Origin: an uncultured Alphaproteobacteria bacterium
Lineage (GTDB): Bacteria; Pseudomonadota; Alphaproteobacteria; Rs-D84
Assembly: GCA_934272785.1 (NCBI GenBank)
Contig: CAKQSE010000002.1
Location: 67,588 to 131,587, forward strand
Length of the DNA stretch: 64,000 bases
Reading direction: 5' to 3'
A program made the translations under genes and the position numbers. Positions 16,834-25,831 of this stretch are shown in pieces; position 1 is the stretch's first letter; the number at the start of each line of letters is the position of its first letter. A model generated the notes under the pieces. That model saw only the letters and a list, made by a program, of their open reading frames with translations, did not search any database and was not told the origin of the DNA.

Positions 16834-18400
16834 GGACTTTACTCCCAAAACTTTACCAACGAACCTAGAGGCCGAACAGGCCGTCCTGGCCGCGGTGTTG
16901 ATGAATAACCGCGCGTTGGAACGCATTTCTGAATTTTTAAAACCGGAACATTTTTCGCATCCCGCACACCAGGAAATTTACAAGTTGGCGGAACGCCAAT
17001 TTGCCGCGGGTATTCCGTTTGATATTATCACCGCGAAAAATTACCTGGACCAACAGGGCGTGTTGGAATCGGTTGGTGGCGTTGATTACCTGACCCAATT
17101 GGCGGGTGCCGGTGCGACGGTTGTAAATGTTGAACAATATGCGCGTATCGTTTATGAAAACGCCCTGCGACGCCAACTGATTGATTTGGGACAATCAATT
17201 ACCGACAACGCATTTGTCGAAGATTTGGACAACCCTGTCACCACCCAGATAGAGGTTGCCGAACAAAAATTATTCAACCTGGCATCGGCGGGCGAAACCC
17301 GGCGCGAGGTTACACCAATCGCAACCGCATTACAGGGCGCATTAAAAGAGGCCGAAATCGCATACAAGGCCGACGGCAAATTGTCGGGTCTGACCACGGG
17401 GCTGAACGCGCTGGATAAATCCATCAGCGGCCTGCACCACAGTGATTTGATTATTATCGCGGGTCGTCCGGCGATGGGTAAAACAACGCTGGCGATGAAC
17501 ATCGCATTTAACGCCGCAAACGCAATTTTATCGGGGCGTGCCAATGATCAATACAAGGGCGCAGTCGTATTTTTCAGTCTGGAAATGTCCCAGGAACAGC
17601 TGGCGACGCGTGTGCTGTCGTCCCAGTCCAAGATTCCGGCATCTGCCATGCGCGAAGGGTCATTTTCTGATGAAGAATTTTTAAAAATGTCCCAATATTC
17701 CCAGGCAATCAGTCGCGTGCCGCTGTATATCGATGACACGCCCGGCATGTCGGTGCCAATGATGCGCACCCGCGCACGCCGTCTGGCGCGCAAATCCGGC
17801 GGGATTGCATTGATTGTAATCGACTATCTGCAACTGATGACGTCACCGGGCGGGCGTAAAAACGACAACCGCGTCCAGGAAATTTCTGAAATCACCCGTG
17901 GACTGAAAATGCTGGCCAAGGAACTGGATGTGCCGGTTATCGCCCTGTCCCAGTTATCGCGCAGTGTTGAAAACCGCGATGACAAACGCCCCCAGTTGGC
18001 GGACTTGCGTGAATCAGGTTCTATTGAACAGGACGCGGACATTGTTATGTTCACATACCGCGAAGAATACTATCTGGACAATCGCGACCCGTCCCAGCGT
18101 ATTTCGGGCAACACCAATGACAAGATTCAGGAATCATACCAGCGTCGTCTGGAACGCGCCCGGGGCAAGGCCGACATCATCATCGGCAAGAACCGTCATG
18201 GCCGTCCGGAAACCGTTCGCACGGCGTTCTTTGGCGATTACAGTTTATTCGACAATCTGGACGAGGCCGACGCCCGCGGCGAAAATGACTTTAACCCAAC
18301 GCCGTCCGCACCCGCAATCACATCTGACCCGGATATGGATAACGCGGCCGCGTTTGAACAGATTGACGCATCGGCAATACCCGACGATATGGAATTGTAA
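16832..18400 (+). CDS. dnaB: Replicative DNA helicase DnaB
   Basis: 522 aa from the internal ATG. It has PTNLEAEQAVLAAVLMNN, Walker A GRPAMGKTT, VIDYLQLM and SQLSRSVENR. The 124 codons upstream in the ORF track are antisense to the TerL-C ORF. Confidence 0.9.
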   Translation: MDFTPKTLPTNLEAEQAVLAAVLMNNRALERISEFLKPEHFSHPAHQEIYKLAERQFAAGIPFDIITAKNYLDQQGVLESVGGVDYLTQLAGAGATVVNVEQYARIVYENALRRQLIDLGQSITDNAFVEDLDNPVTTQIEVAEQKLFNLASAGETRREVTPIATALQGALKEAEIAYKADGKLSGLTTGLNALDKSISGLHHSDLIIIAGRPAMGKTTLAMNIAFNAANAILSGRANDQYKGAVVFFSLEMSQEQLATRVLSSQSKIPASAMREGSFSDEEFLKMSQYSQAISRVPLYIDDTPGMSVPMMRTRARRLARKSGGIALIVIDYLQLMTSPGGRKNDNRVQEISEITRGLKMLAKELDVPVIALSQLSRSVENRDDKRPQLADLRESGSIEQDADIVMFTYREEYYLDNRDPSQRISGNTNDKIQESYQRRLERARGKADIIIGKNRHGRPETVRTAFFGDYSLFDNLDEADARGENDFNPTPSAPAITSDPDMDNAAAFEQIDASAIPDDMEL

Positions 18401-18473
18401 TTATTTTACTTGCGGCGCGTGCAAAAATTGACTAATATTTTGTCAAGAAATACCCAAGTGCAGGAGTTTTGCA

Positions 18474-19481
18474 ATGGCCCAAGAAGAAATCATTTTTCCA
18501 AATAATATTCGTAACATCCGCCTGGCCGCGGGGATGAAAATGACCGAACTGGCGCGCCAGTCGCATTTGTCACTGTCCGCCGTGTCCAAGATTGAAAAGG
18601 GTGTTCGCCGTCTGAACCAGAAACAGTTGCTGAACATCTGTAACATTTTGGGTTGCAAATTATCTGACATATTTATCAAGGAAGACGACGCCGTTGCCGA
18701 CCAGTGGCAGAGCGAGATTAAACGTCGTCTGACCGATAACGAAGACAGCGGCCTGAAAATATTCGGTTCGGGTCTGCGCAAGATTCGCCAGCAAACCGGC
18801 AAAACGATTGCCCAGGCGGCACACGACGCCGGCATGACACTGTCCGTCTATCACAAGATAGAGGTTGGCCAACGTGAAATCTATCAAAACGAAATCGAAC
18901 CACTGGCCCGGTCATTCGCGATGAGTGCACAAAGCTTGTTTGATAAAATCGCCACACTGTATAAATCGGGCGAATTGAACAAACAAATCAGCAAGGTCAA
19001 AGAGCGCGTAAAATCCGTTCTGATTCCAGACAATCCCGCATCGGGCATTGATATGCATGGGGGCCTGTATGGTGCCAAGTTGTATGACAGTGCGCGTAAA
19101 AAACTGGTCCCGGTATTTGGCACACCTGCCGGCAAATCAATTGCGTTCAAGAAATCTGATGAAACGATGATTGTTGCCCCAATGACACTGGAAGGACGCA
19201 GTGGCATTTACGCCGTCGTGCCGAATTCTAAACGTCTGGGCGGATTTATCCCGGAACATTCGTATGTATTTGCCGACGCGACCCAGGCACCCGCCGTTGG
19301 TGATTTGGCCGTGTGTATCGACACTGATTTCGGCACATTGGCATCTGATACCGTTGCCACCGCCCAAATCGTCAGTGTGCGCCAGGATTCCCGTGGCAAG
19401 GTTTATGGTCAGATTTCATCGCCTGATGAAAAAATCATCGGCCAGACCATGCACAAGGTTATTATGATTGTTATGGAATAA
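18474..19481 (+). CDS. Transcriptional regulator: two XRE-type HTH domains plus an S24/LexA-CI-like C-terminal domain
   Basis: 335 aa. HTH 1 is about residues 10-67 (IRNIRLAAGMKMTELA...) and HTH 2 about 93-157 (LRKIRQQTGKTIAQAA...). The C-terminus has VPVFGTPAGKSIAF and a beta-rich region like the CI/LexA cleavage domain. Confidence 0.6.
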   Translation: MAQEEIIFPNNIRNIRLAAGMKMTELARQSHLSLSAVSKIEKGVRRLNQKQLLNICNILGCKLSDIFIKEDDAVADQWQSEIKRRLTDNEDSGLKIFGSGLRKIRQQTGKTIAQAAHDAGMTLSVYHKIEVGQREIYQNEIEPLARSFAMSAQSLFDKIATLYKSGELNKQISKVKERVKSVLIPDNPASGIDMHGGLYGAKLYDSARKKLVPVFGTPAGKSIAFKKSDETMIVAPMTLEGRSGIYAVVPNSKRLGGFIPEHSYVFADATQAPAVGDLAVCIDTDFGTLASDTVATAQIVSVRQDSRGKVYGQISSPDEKIIGQTMHKVIMIVME

Positions 19482-19511
19482 CATCACCCACAGAAAACGG
19501 AGAGAGAACCC

Positions 19512-20192
19512 ATGAAAGCCAGAGCCAGCGCAATCGCACAAAAATTGTTAAACCTGTATCGCCAGGAACACGTCATCATTGGCGGCTGGGCGGCGGTCAA
19601 TCCCGTCTTTGTGGCCGAGGCCGATGACGAAGTCATACGCGAGTTGCGCGCCCTGCCGACCGGGAAGATGTTGATTCAGCATATTGAAAACCTGCGCAGT
19701 GGAAAAACACAAATGGACACCATTGATCGCGAATTGTTACCGTATGGCGGTCAAATGGCCGAAACAATTGTGACAATCCCACTGACCGCGGACGAGTGGC
19801 GCGAACTGGAATCCGGTATCGCCGCGTTTACACCCGACGAAAGTGGCCTGGCCCAGATCCAGCAATTGGATGTTGTCCGCAAATTTGGCGACGAGTGGCC
19901 GGTTGCAATTCATTCCGCCCTGGCACAAAAACCAGAACTGTTATCAAAATGGACCGTCATTACCAAAACGTATCGTGCATACTTCTTGTGGCACGTTGCA
20001 ACAGATATGCTGAACGAGCCGCTGTCGGAACGTGCACGTGCGCAATTACAGGCCGATATGCCCGAATACGAAACGTATCTGCCGATGTTTGGTGACGCGG
20101 GTGACGAATTGTTGCGCAAACTGCGCACGTTTATCAGCACACGCGATCCAATTGATACCGACAATGCGCCCGACGCGCCGACATCAATTTAG
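19512..20192 (+). CDS. Hypothetical protein (third gene of the dnaB cassette)
   Basis: 226 aa with no recognisable motif. Its stop overlaps the stop of TerL-N on the opposite strand. Confidence 0.5.
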   Translation: MKARASAIAQKLLNLYRQEHVIIGGWAAVNPVFVAEADDEVIRELRALPTGKMLIQHIENLRSGKTQMDTIDRELLPYGGQMAETIVTIPLTADEWRELESGIAAFTPDESGLAQIQQLDVVRKFGDEWPVAIHSALAQKPELLSKWTVITKTYRAYFLWHVATDMLNEPLSERARAQLQADMPEYETYLPMFGDAGDELLRKLRTFISTRDPIDTDNAPDAPTSI

Positions 20193-20818
20193 TCGTCATC
20201 GCTGGTGCGATAAATCGTATCGACCGTATGTGGCGTGCCGATATAAATCATTGTGCCACCTGGGGACAAGATAAAATCCAATTCCCGTAATCGTTCACGT
20301 AACTTTTCACGCTTGTCGGGGGTGTTGCTGGTATTTGGAACCTCGACATCATCACAGATTATTAAATCTGCACGTGCGCCTGTTATGTTACCGGCAACAC
20401 CGGCACAGATGACCGATGGCTCGCGTATGCCAATTGGCCGATTTACTGTTATTCGATCACTGGCCCACGTTCGCCGTCCGGTTGGAATCATATCGCTGCA
20501 CCGTGGATGATTTTCCAATATGTTACGAATATGCCCAACCATACGTGACGACAGTGTGGTTTCTGCGGATAAAATCAGAATACGCGATTCTGGGCGCATG
20601 CACAGCACGCACGCTGCGAAAATCCCCACAACGGTTGATTTACCCGAATGCCGAAACGCCATCAACAATCCCCGATTTGGTGACGTTGTCCAAGTGTCCA
20701 CCAAGAATTCCATTATTCGCCGATGATGTGCGGGCGTTTTCATCCCCAACAGTGCGTTCCACTGGTCCATAAAATCACAGAACGCCATAGTCATCGCGGT
20801 TTTCATTTGGCGCGACAT
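20189..20818 (-). CDS. Terminase large subunit, N-terminal ATPase half (split gene)
   Basis: 209 aa with Walker A AFRHSGKST, Walker B LIICDDVE and coupling motif IGTPH. It ends 16 residues after GTPH. Confidence 0.8.
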   Translation of the reverse strand: MSRQMKTAMTMAFCDFMDQWNALLGMKTPAHHRRIMEFLVDTWTTSPNRGLLMAFRHSGKSTVVGIFAACVLCMRPESRILILSAETTLSSRMVGHIRNILENHPRCSDMIPTGRRTWASDRITVNRPIGIREPSVICAGVAGNITGARADLIICDDVEVPNTSNTPDKREKLRERLRELDFILSPGGTMIYIGTPHTVDTIYRTSDDD

Positions 20819-21329
20819 CGGTAATCATCCCATAATCATTGACCAGTTTTGGCAATGCCCCATCCAGCACCGACAGCAGATTTTGATACAGTCCCAAAAC
20901 CGCCCCGCCCGACAATTTGTCTTGAATCACCGCCAGATTGTAATTCAAGAAATTCATCACATTATCGTGGGTATTTTTCCACTGGGCCAGGTCAATATTC
21001 ACCCCATCCAGGTCACGAAACGCCGCCAGTAAAAAATTAAAGTCCGCGTTCAGTGATTCTGGGTCAATTTTCATCGTCGGCTGGTAATCAATCACACGGT
21101 TCAGCGCGATGCGCCGAAATATGTCAATCGTTGCGTCCGCCGTGGGTGGCACTTGAAATACAACGTTGCCGCCGGTGAAATCATCGTTTGGCACGACCGA
21201 ATATATTCCCGCGTCCGGCTCCGCGACCGCGTCATCAATTGCGACATGCACGTCGGCATTTTGAAAGAACGGAAATACAAATTGGTATTCGGTCGTAACG
21301 CCGTCGGCGACATATGATATTTTATACAT
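20775..21329 (-). CDS. Tail-fibre N-terminal (tail-attachment adaptor) domain protein
   Basis: 184 aa. YVADGVTTEYQFVFPFFQNADVHVAID matches the T7-type fibre N-terminal pattern. There is no distal receptor-binding part. Confidence 0.55.
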   Translation of the reverse strand: MYKISYVADGVTTEYQFVFPFFQNADVHVAIDDAVAEPDAGIYSVVPNDDFTGGNVVFQVPPTADATIDIFRRIALNRVIDYQPTMKIDPESLNADFNFLLAAFRDLDGVNIDLAQWKNTHDNVMNFLNYNLAVIQDKLSGGAVLGLYQNLLSVLDGALPKLVNDYGMITDVAPNENRDDYGVL

Positions 21330-21340
21330 ATCCGCCCCCT

Positions 21341-21688
21341 TTAAGCGACCAAATCATCAAATCGGTCCATCAATTTTTTCAACAGATTTGGTTTTGTCGT
21401 CTTGACCTGGCGCAGTTTTTCCAACGACGCGCGACGCTTTTCATCATATGGCGCGGCCGTTTCAGATTGCAGGCGTCGCAACACGGCATCTTCGGTCATG
21501 CCACGATTTGACATCCCCGATGCGCCGTATTTTGCACGCTGGGCCGCCAGGGCCTTTTTCACCAGGTTTGTTTTTGTCTTTTCATCGGCCGCCATATCCG
21601 CCAGTATTTTCTTGCGGGCGGTGCTGGCCTCGCTCTTGCTTTTTTTATAGTCCAAAACTTCTTGGACATCAGAAACCAATTGTCCCAT
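21341..21688 (-). CDS. Basic phage-cluster protein of unknown role
   Basis: 115 aa, Lys/Ala-rich and predicted helical, between tubular protein B and the fibre adaptor. Confidence 0.45.
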   Translation of the reverse strand: MGQLVSDVQEVLDYKKSKSEASTARKKILADMAADEKTKTNLVKKALAAQRAKYGASGMSNRGMTEDAVLRRLQSETAAPYDEKRRASLEKLRQVKTTKPNLLKKLMDRFDDLVA

Positions 21689-21711
21689 TTTTCACTCCCT
21701 TGGTTATTTTG

Positions 21712-23427
21712 TTAAACGGTGTAATATCCATACATTGTGACCGACAATACGGTGATTTTTTCTGCGTCACTTGACGAAATTCGCCACGGGGACGCGGTGC
21801 AATCCTGCATCCATCCCAACGCGCCAACCGACACATCACCCGTAAATCCCGAATGCGTCGCGGCATATATTTCATCGGGCAACACGCATCGCATATCATT
21901 TATCAGGATTGATTTTGTGTCACAAACACGCGCGGCGATTTTACGAATGCGCGCACGTGCGGCGTTATGCCCACTGCCCCGCAGGGGAACGCCCGCGGCC
22001 GCGATACTGAAATTATATGCCGGCGCATCACACAGTGCGTCGTGCGAAAAATATTCCAAGAAATATTTATCATCGCGCGCAACGACAACGAACGTTTTGC
22101 CCGCCGATACCGCAACTGATTTAAATTCGCCGTTTGTTTTATACTGGACCCACGCCGAAATTCCCAACGCCGTATTCTGGTTCAGCACCGCCATATCGCC
22201 CGACGCCATAACGACAAACAATCGCCGTTCGGCACTGTTATACGCAATGTCAACCGGCGTCTGCATCAGGTGTTTCGCATACGCGCACAGGTCGGTTGCA
22301 TTATAATTTTCACCCAATTCATCCAGTGACAGTTCCCGAATATCACGCATAGACGCGGCGACAAATACGGTTGCGCCCTCTATCTTTTGCGGGGGCATAT
22401 ATCGTGACGATGCGCTGCCGACCGATGTGTGCTGCTTTATATCAACCGATGACGGGGTCAGTGGTTTATTCGCAATTGCCCATTCGCCCACCGTCGTCAG
22501 GATTTGCAGATTATCCGCACTGACAACCGTGCAAATCTGTTGCCGCTGGGCCGACAGCAATGTGATAAATATCGCCTGGTCGTCCAAACCGGTGCCAACG
22601 TCAAAGTTATTGTGCCGCCCGACCTGGGACATCCATACGCCCGCCGGATAGTCACGCGCACCACCGAACACCAATCGGTCCTGGTGAAATGTGATGCTGA
22701 CCGGCCAACCACGACGCGTGCTGAATGCGGCCTGACGCCAATCGGTAACGGCGGCGGCGGGTAACGTAAATGTTCCGTTTGTATGCGCCGTGGCAACGGT
22801 TGGTCCCGTGACAGATGTGATTGTCCACTGGCGGTCCAGGACCATAAACCGACCGCCCACATCATCAGACGTCCAAAAATCGCGATTGGTCGTAAATGTG
22901 GCATAGTTATTGCCCGCGCTGTTTGCCGTGACGGTTATTTCAATGCCATCGGTATCGTCAAATCGCACAAATGGAATATTGACCGATAAATCAGAATCAT
23001 TGCGCGAAAAATCAAACAGCGACAGTGTAAATCCATCTGGCGTGCTCTGGAACACGCGCGGCTGAAAATCCGGATGAACAAAAATCATCGTGCCGAAACG
23101 CTGGGCGTATTGCAGTGATTTTATCGCGTCTGCCGGCCACGGCGCGGCGATGTCCTGGATTTGTTCGTCGTCCGAAAATACCAATATATGTCCATCGGTA
23201 ATGGCCAACATGTATTCCGCGTCCGCACCCACCGAAAACGGCACCAGGCGCGCCGCATTTGGCAATACGGCACCCGCACACAATCCTGCACGACGCGTTA
23301 TTCCGCCACCCGACATTACGTCCATATTTAACAATTGCGACAATCCATTTAAATTATCGTGCGTATAAAATTCGCGGGAAATTTCCCCATCTGCAAAAGA
23401 ATTCTGGGTATTTATAAAATTTGCCAT
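21712..23427 (-). CDS. Tail tubular protein B-like (nozzle)
   Basis: 571 aa. The N-terminus ANFINTQNSFADGEISREF...GGGITRRAGL and its position after the tubular protein A-like gene support the call. Confidence 0.5.
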   Translation of the reverse strand: MANFINTQNSFADGEISREFYTHDNLNGLSQLLNMDVMSGGGITRRAGLCAGAVLPNAARLVPFSVGADAEYMLAITDGHILVFSDDEQIQDIAAPWPADAIKSLQYAQRFGTMIFVHPDFQPRVFQSTPDGFTLSLFDFSRNDSDLSVNIPFVRFDDTDGIEITVTANSAGNNYATFTTNRDFWTSDDVGGRFMVLDRQWTITSVTGPTVATAHTNGTFTLPAAAVTDWRQAAFSTRRGWPVSITFHQDRLVFGGARDYPAGVWMSQVGRHNNFDVGTGLDDQAIFITLLSAQRQQICTVVSADNLQILTTVGEWAIANKPLTPSSVDIKQHTSVGSASSRYMPPQKIEGATVFVAASMRDIRELSLDELGENYNATDLCAYAKHLMQTPVDIAYNSAERRLFVVMASGDMAVLNQNTALGISAWVQYKTNGEFKSVAVSAGKTFVVVARDDKYFLEYFSHDALCDAPAYNFSIAAAGVPLRGSGHNAARARIRKIAARVCDTKSILINDMRCVLPDEIYAATHSGFTGDVSVGALGWMQDCTASPWRISSSDAEKITVLSVTMYGYYTV

Positions 23428-23445
23428 TATATCCCCCGTAATTCG

Positions 23446-23964
23446 TTAAAATCGTGAATTTATCAGTGAAAAGTTTTCGATATTTGATGGCGATGATGTT
23501 GTGCCATCAATGAATTTTGCCGTCTGTAATTCTGATTCATACAGCGCGGCCAGCATTCTGAATATCGTTTGATCCCCGGTCAGCGGGACGCAAAATTCCA
23601 TCGCCAGTTTTGTCGCCGCCACCGACACAAAGTATCCCGGAAATGCGTCCGGCGCAACACGCGCCAGGCCGATTACCGAAATCGTATCGGTCGGTGCAAT
23701 GATTTTATTGCCAACAATATTGCCGACGGATTTCACCACGCGCAGGCATTCGGCCGGCAACACAAAATCGCCATCGGTGTTCTTGGTCAAATCAAATCGA
23801 CGACATGCAAATCGCCACGGGTGCAGCGCAATCAATGCGTCCATCACCGGGTCAAATAATGTTCGGGCCAGTTGCGCCGCCGGCGTGTCATCTAACAACG
23901 ATTGTATCGGTTTTTCGCCCAGTTTCAGCAACGCCATTGAACATAAATCTATCTTGGTCAACAT
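23446..23964 (-). CDS. Tail tubular protein A-like (adaptor)
   Basis: 172 aa from the internal ATG. MLTKIDLCSMALLKLGEKPIQSLLDDTPAAQLARTLFDPVMDALIALHPWRFA fits the gp11-like pattern. Confidence 0.55.
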   Translation of the reverse strand: MLTKIDLCSMALLKLGEKPIQSLLDDTPAAQLARTLFDPVMDALIALHPWRFACRRFDLTKNTDGDFVLPAECLRVVKSVGNIVGNKIIAPTDTISVIGLARVAPDAFPGYFVSVAATKLAMEFCVPLTGDQTIFRMLAALYESELQTAKFIDGTTSSPSNIENFSLINSRF

Positions 23965-24048
23965 TTTCGTTTTCCCCCATTGGTTGATACAAAAAACCGG
24001 GGGCGGCACGCGCCACCCCCAAACAAAAATCAGTTATGATTTTATTTT

Positions 24049-24279
24049 TTATCCCAACGCCGCCGTTGTAACGGTCCCAGATGTAACAGTTATCGCCTTG
24101 ATTGACGTTTTATCTGACGCATTGATGATAACAATGTCGCCCGTGTTCATCAGTGTGTTCACGGCGTTAAAATAACCACTGGCGGTGATTGTTGCCAATG
24201 TAACATTTTCTGCATAGTGCCACAGTGTGAACCCGTTTGCATATGCAATCACAGACAAATTTTTATTCTGAAATGCCAT
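24049..24279 (-). CDS. Small phage-cluster protein
   Basis: 76 aa, directly downstream of the capsid gene. Confidence 0.45.
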   Translation of the reverse strand: MAFQNKNLSVIAYANGFTLWHYAENVTLATITASGYFNAVNTLMNTGDIVIINASDKTSIKAITVTSGTVTTAALG

Positions 24280-24301
24280 CTATTTTTCCTTTGGTTATTT
24301 T

Positions 24302-25135
24302 TTATTGTGCGTCGTTGTCTTTGCATTTGATACGAACGATACCGTCGCCATCAATCAGGACCGCGCCCTGGGACATGCTGTTGCTGATAAAGTGCGCGGC
24401 ACGTTCGCCATGCCATGAAATATCCGTTTTAACTTCCTGGCCGCATGCGTGACCAATGCTGGCCGCGTGATAGATAAAGCAATCACGTTTTGTTGTGTCT
24501 GACAACGGCAACGCGTTATACAGCACCCACGTAATGCCCAACCATTTCTTGGATGCGCCCCCAGAAATCAACGGCAAATCATTATTGCCAACGTAATCCG
24601 CCGAAACGAATTCTGTGATTTTCAGCAATTCGTTCCACTGGTGCACACCAACAACGGCAAAGCGGCGACCATCGTCTGGGATATCCTTGCTGTTCAGTGT
24701 TTCAACCGCTGACAAAATTAAATCCTTGCTCAGGCCCGCCGAATAATCACCAACCGACGCGGTTGCGCCCGACATGGCGTTCACAATCAGTTCATCGGTT
24801 TTGCGACCCAACGCATATGCGCCGGCACTGGCCACGACGCGACGTTCATCAATATTGGTCTTTAATTCGTCCAATGCGTCGACCCAATCGCCGGCATAGT
24901 AATCCTGTAACACGCATTCAACCGGTTCATGATTCAGGTTCATAACCGGCACAATGCCATGACGCGATTTTGTTGCGGCGGTGCCACGTCCAACCTTTTG
25001 AAATGTTGTTGATGCACCGACGACGCCTGATTTGCTGCGCACGGTTCCGCGCAGCTTTGTGCCCATTTGCTGGTATGCCAAATGAACATCTGCCTCGAAT
25101 TGTTTTACAAATACTTGGTCTATGGAAACAGACAT
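24302..25135 (-). CDS. Major capsid protein
   Basis: 277 aa from the internal ATG, with SD aaggga. FVKQFEADVHLAYQQMGTKLRGTVR...GRKTDELIVNAM is typical of HK97-fold podovirus coat proteins. It follows the scaffold gene. Confidence 0.65.
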   Translation of the reverse strand: MSVSIDQVFVKQFEADVHLAYQQMGTKLRGTVRSKSGVVGASTTFQKVGRGTAATKSRHGIVPVMNLNHEPVECVLQDYYAGDWVDALDELKTNIDERRVVASAGAYALGRKTDELIVNAMSGATASVGDYSAGLSKDLILSAVETLNSKDIPDDGRRFAVVGVHQWNELLKITEFVSADYVGNNDLPLISGGASKKWLGITWVLYNALPLSDTTKRDCFIYHAASIGHACGQEVKTDISWHGERAAHFISNSMSQGAVLIDGDGIVRIKCKDNDAQ

Positions 25136-25324
25136 ATTTTTTCCCTTGGTTAAATTATGTAAATTGTGACGCAATAAATTGCGCCAATAAAATTTCATCA
25201 CACGGTTATGCGCATATGCACGCCGCGACGAAACAAACACATCGGGTTCCAAACACAGATTCAGAATTATCCGTAAAAAAAATTTCAGTCGCACCGATAT
25301 GATACGACTGATACTTTCTTCAAG

Positions 25325-25348
25325 TAAAAACCCCACCGAACGGTGGGG
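25325..25348 (-). terminator. Intrinsic terminator after the Lys/Ala-rich gene
   Basis: On the minus strand: ccccac-cgttcg-gtgggg followed by ttttt. Confidence 0.6.
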
Positions 25349-25354
25349 AAAATA

Positions 25355-25726
25355 TTATTTTTTCTTGGCTGGTGCTTTTTTCGCAACTGGCTTTTTGGCC
25401 GGTGCTTTTTTCGCAACAACTTTTTTCGCTGCTGGTTTTTTAACCGCAACTTTTTTTGCAACAGGCTTTTTCGCAGCAACTTTTTTCGCCGCTGGTTTTG
25501 CTGCTACTTTCTTGGCAACTGGCTTTTTGGCCGGTGCTTTTTTCGCAACAACTTTCTTGGCTGCTGGTTTCGCTGCTGGCTTTTTAACCGCAACTTTTTT
25601 TGCCGCTGGTTTCGCAGCAACTTTCTTTGCAGCAGGTTTTGCCGCTACTTTTTTCACTGCTGGTTTCGCAGCCGGTTTTTTAGCAGCAACTTTCTTCGCC
25701 GCTGGTTTCAAGAATGTGAATGCCAT
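25355..25726 (-). CDS. Lys/Ala/Pro-rich histone-H1-like basic repeat protein
   Basis: 123 aa made almost entirely of (K)KPAAK/KKVAAK repeats. Strong SD aaggaga 7 nt upstream. It is on the same strand as its neighbours. The plus-strand ORFs here are Phe/Ala-rich mirror artefacts. Confidence 0.6.
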   Translation of the reverse strand: MAFTFLKPAAKKVAAKKPAAKPAVKKVAAKPAAKKVAAKPAAKKVAVKKPAAKPAAKKVVAKKAPAKKPVAKKVAAKPAAKKVAAKKPVAKKVAVKKPAAKKVVAKKAPAKKPVAKKAPAKKK

Positions 25727-25831
25727 TCTTCTCTCCTTTCTATTTTTTTGGATAGAACAAATTTTTTTGTTCTTACTTTATATTTTATACGAAACATAAA
25801 ACATAGTAAAGAAGAAAGTGCATTTTTTTTG

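Noticed and set aside
20189-20818. Idea that the split terminase halves are joined by a split intein or a self-splicing intron.
   Set aside because: The N half ends in ...YRTSDDD-stop with no intein N-extein/Cys-Ser block. The C half starts with Met with no intein C-terminal HN motif. The intervening 3.36 kb encodes three ordinary genes on the opposite strand.
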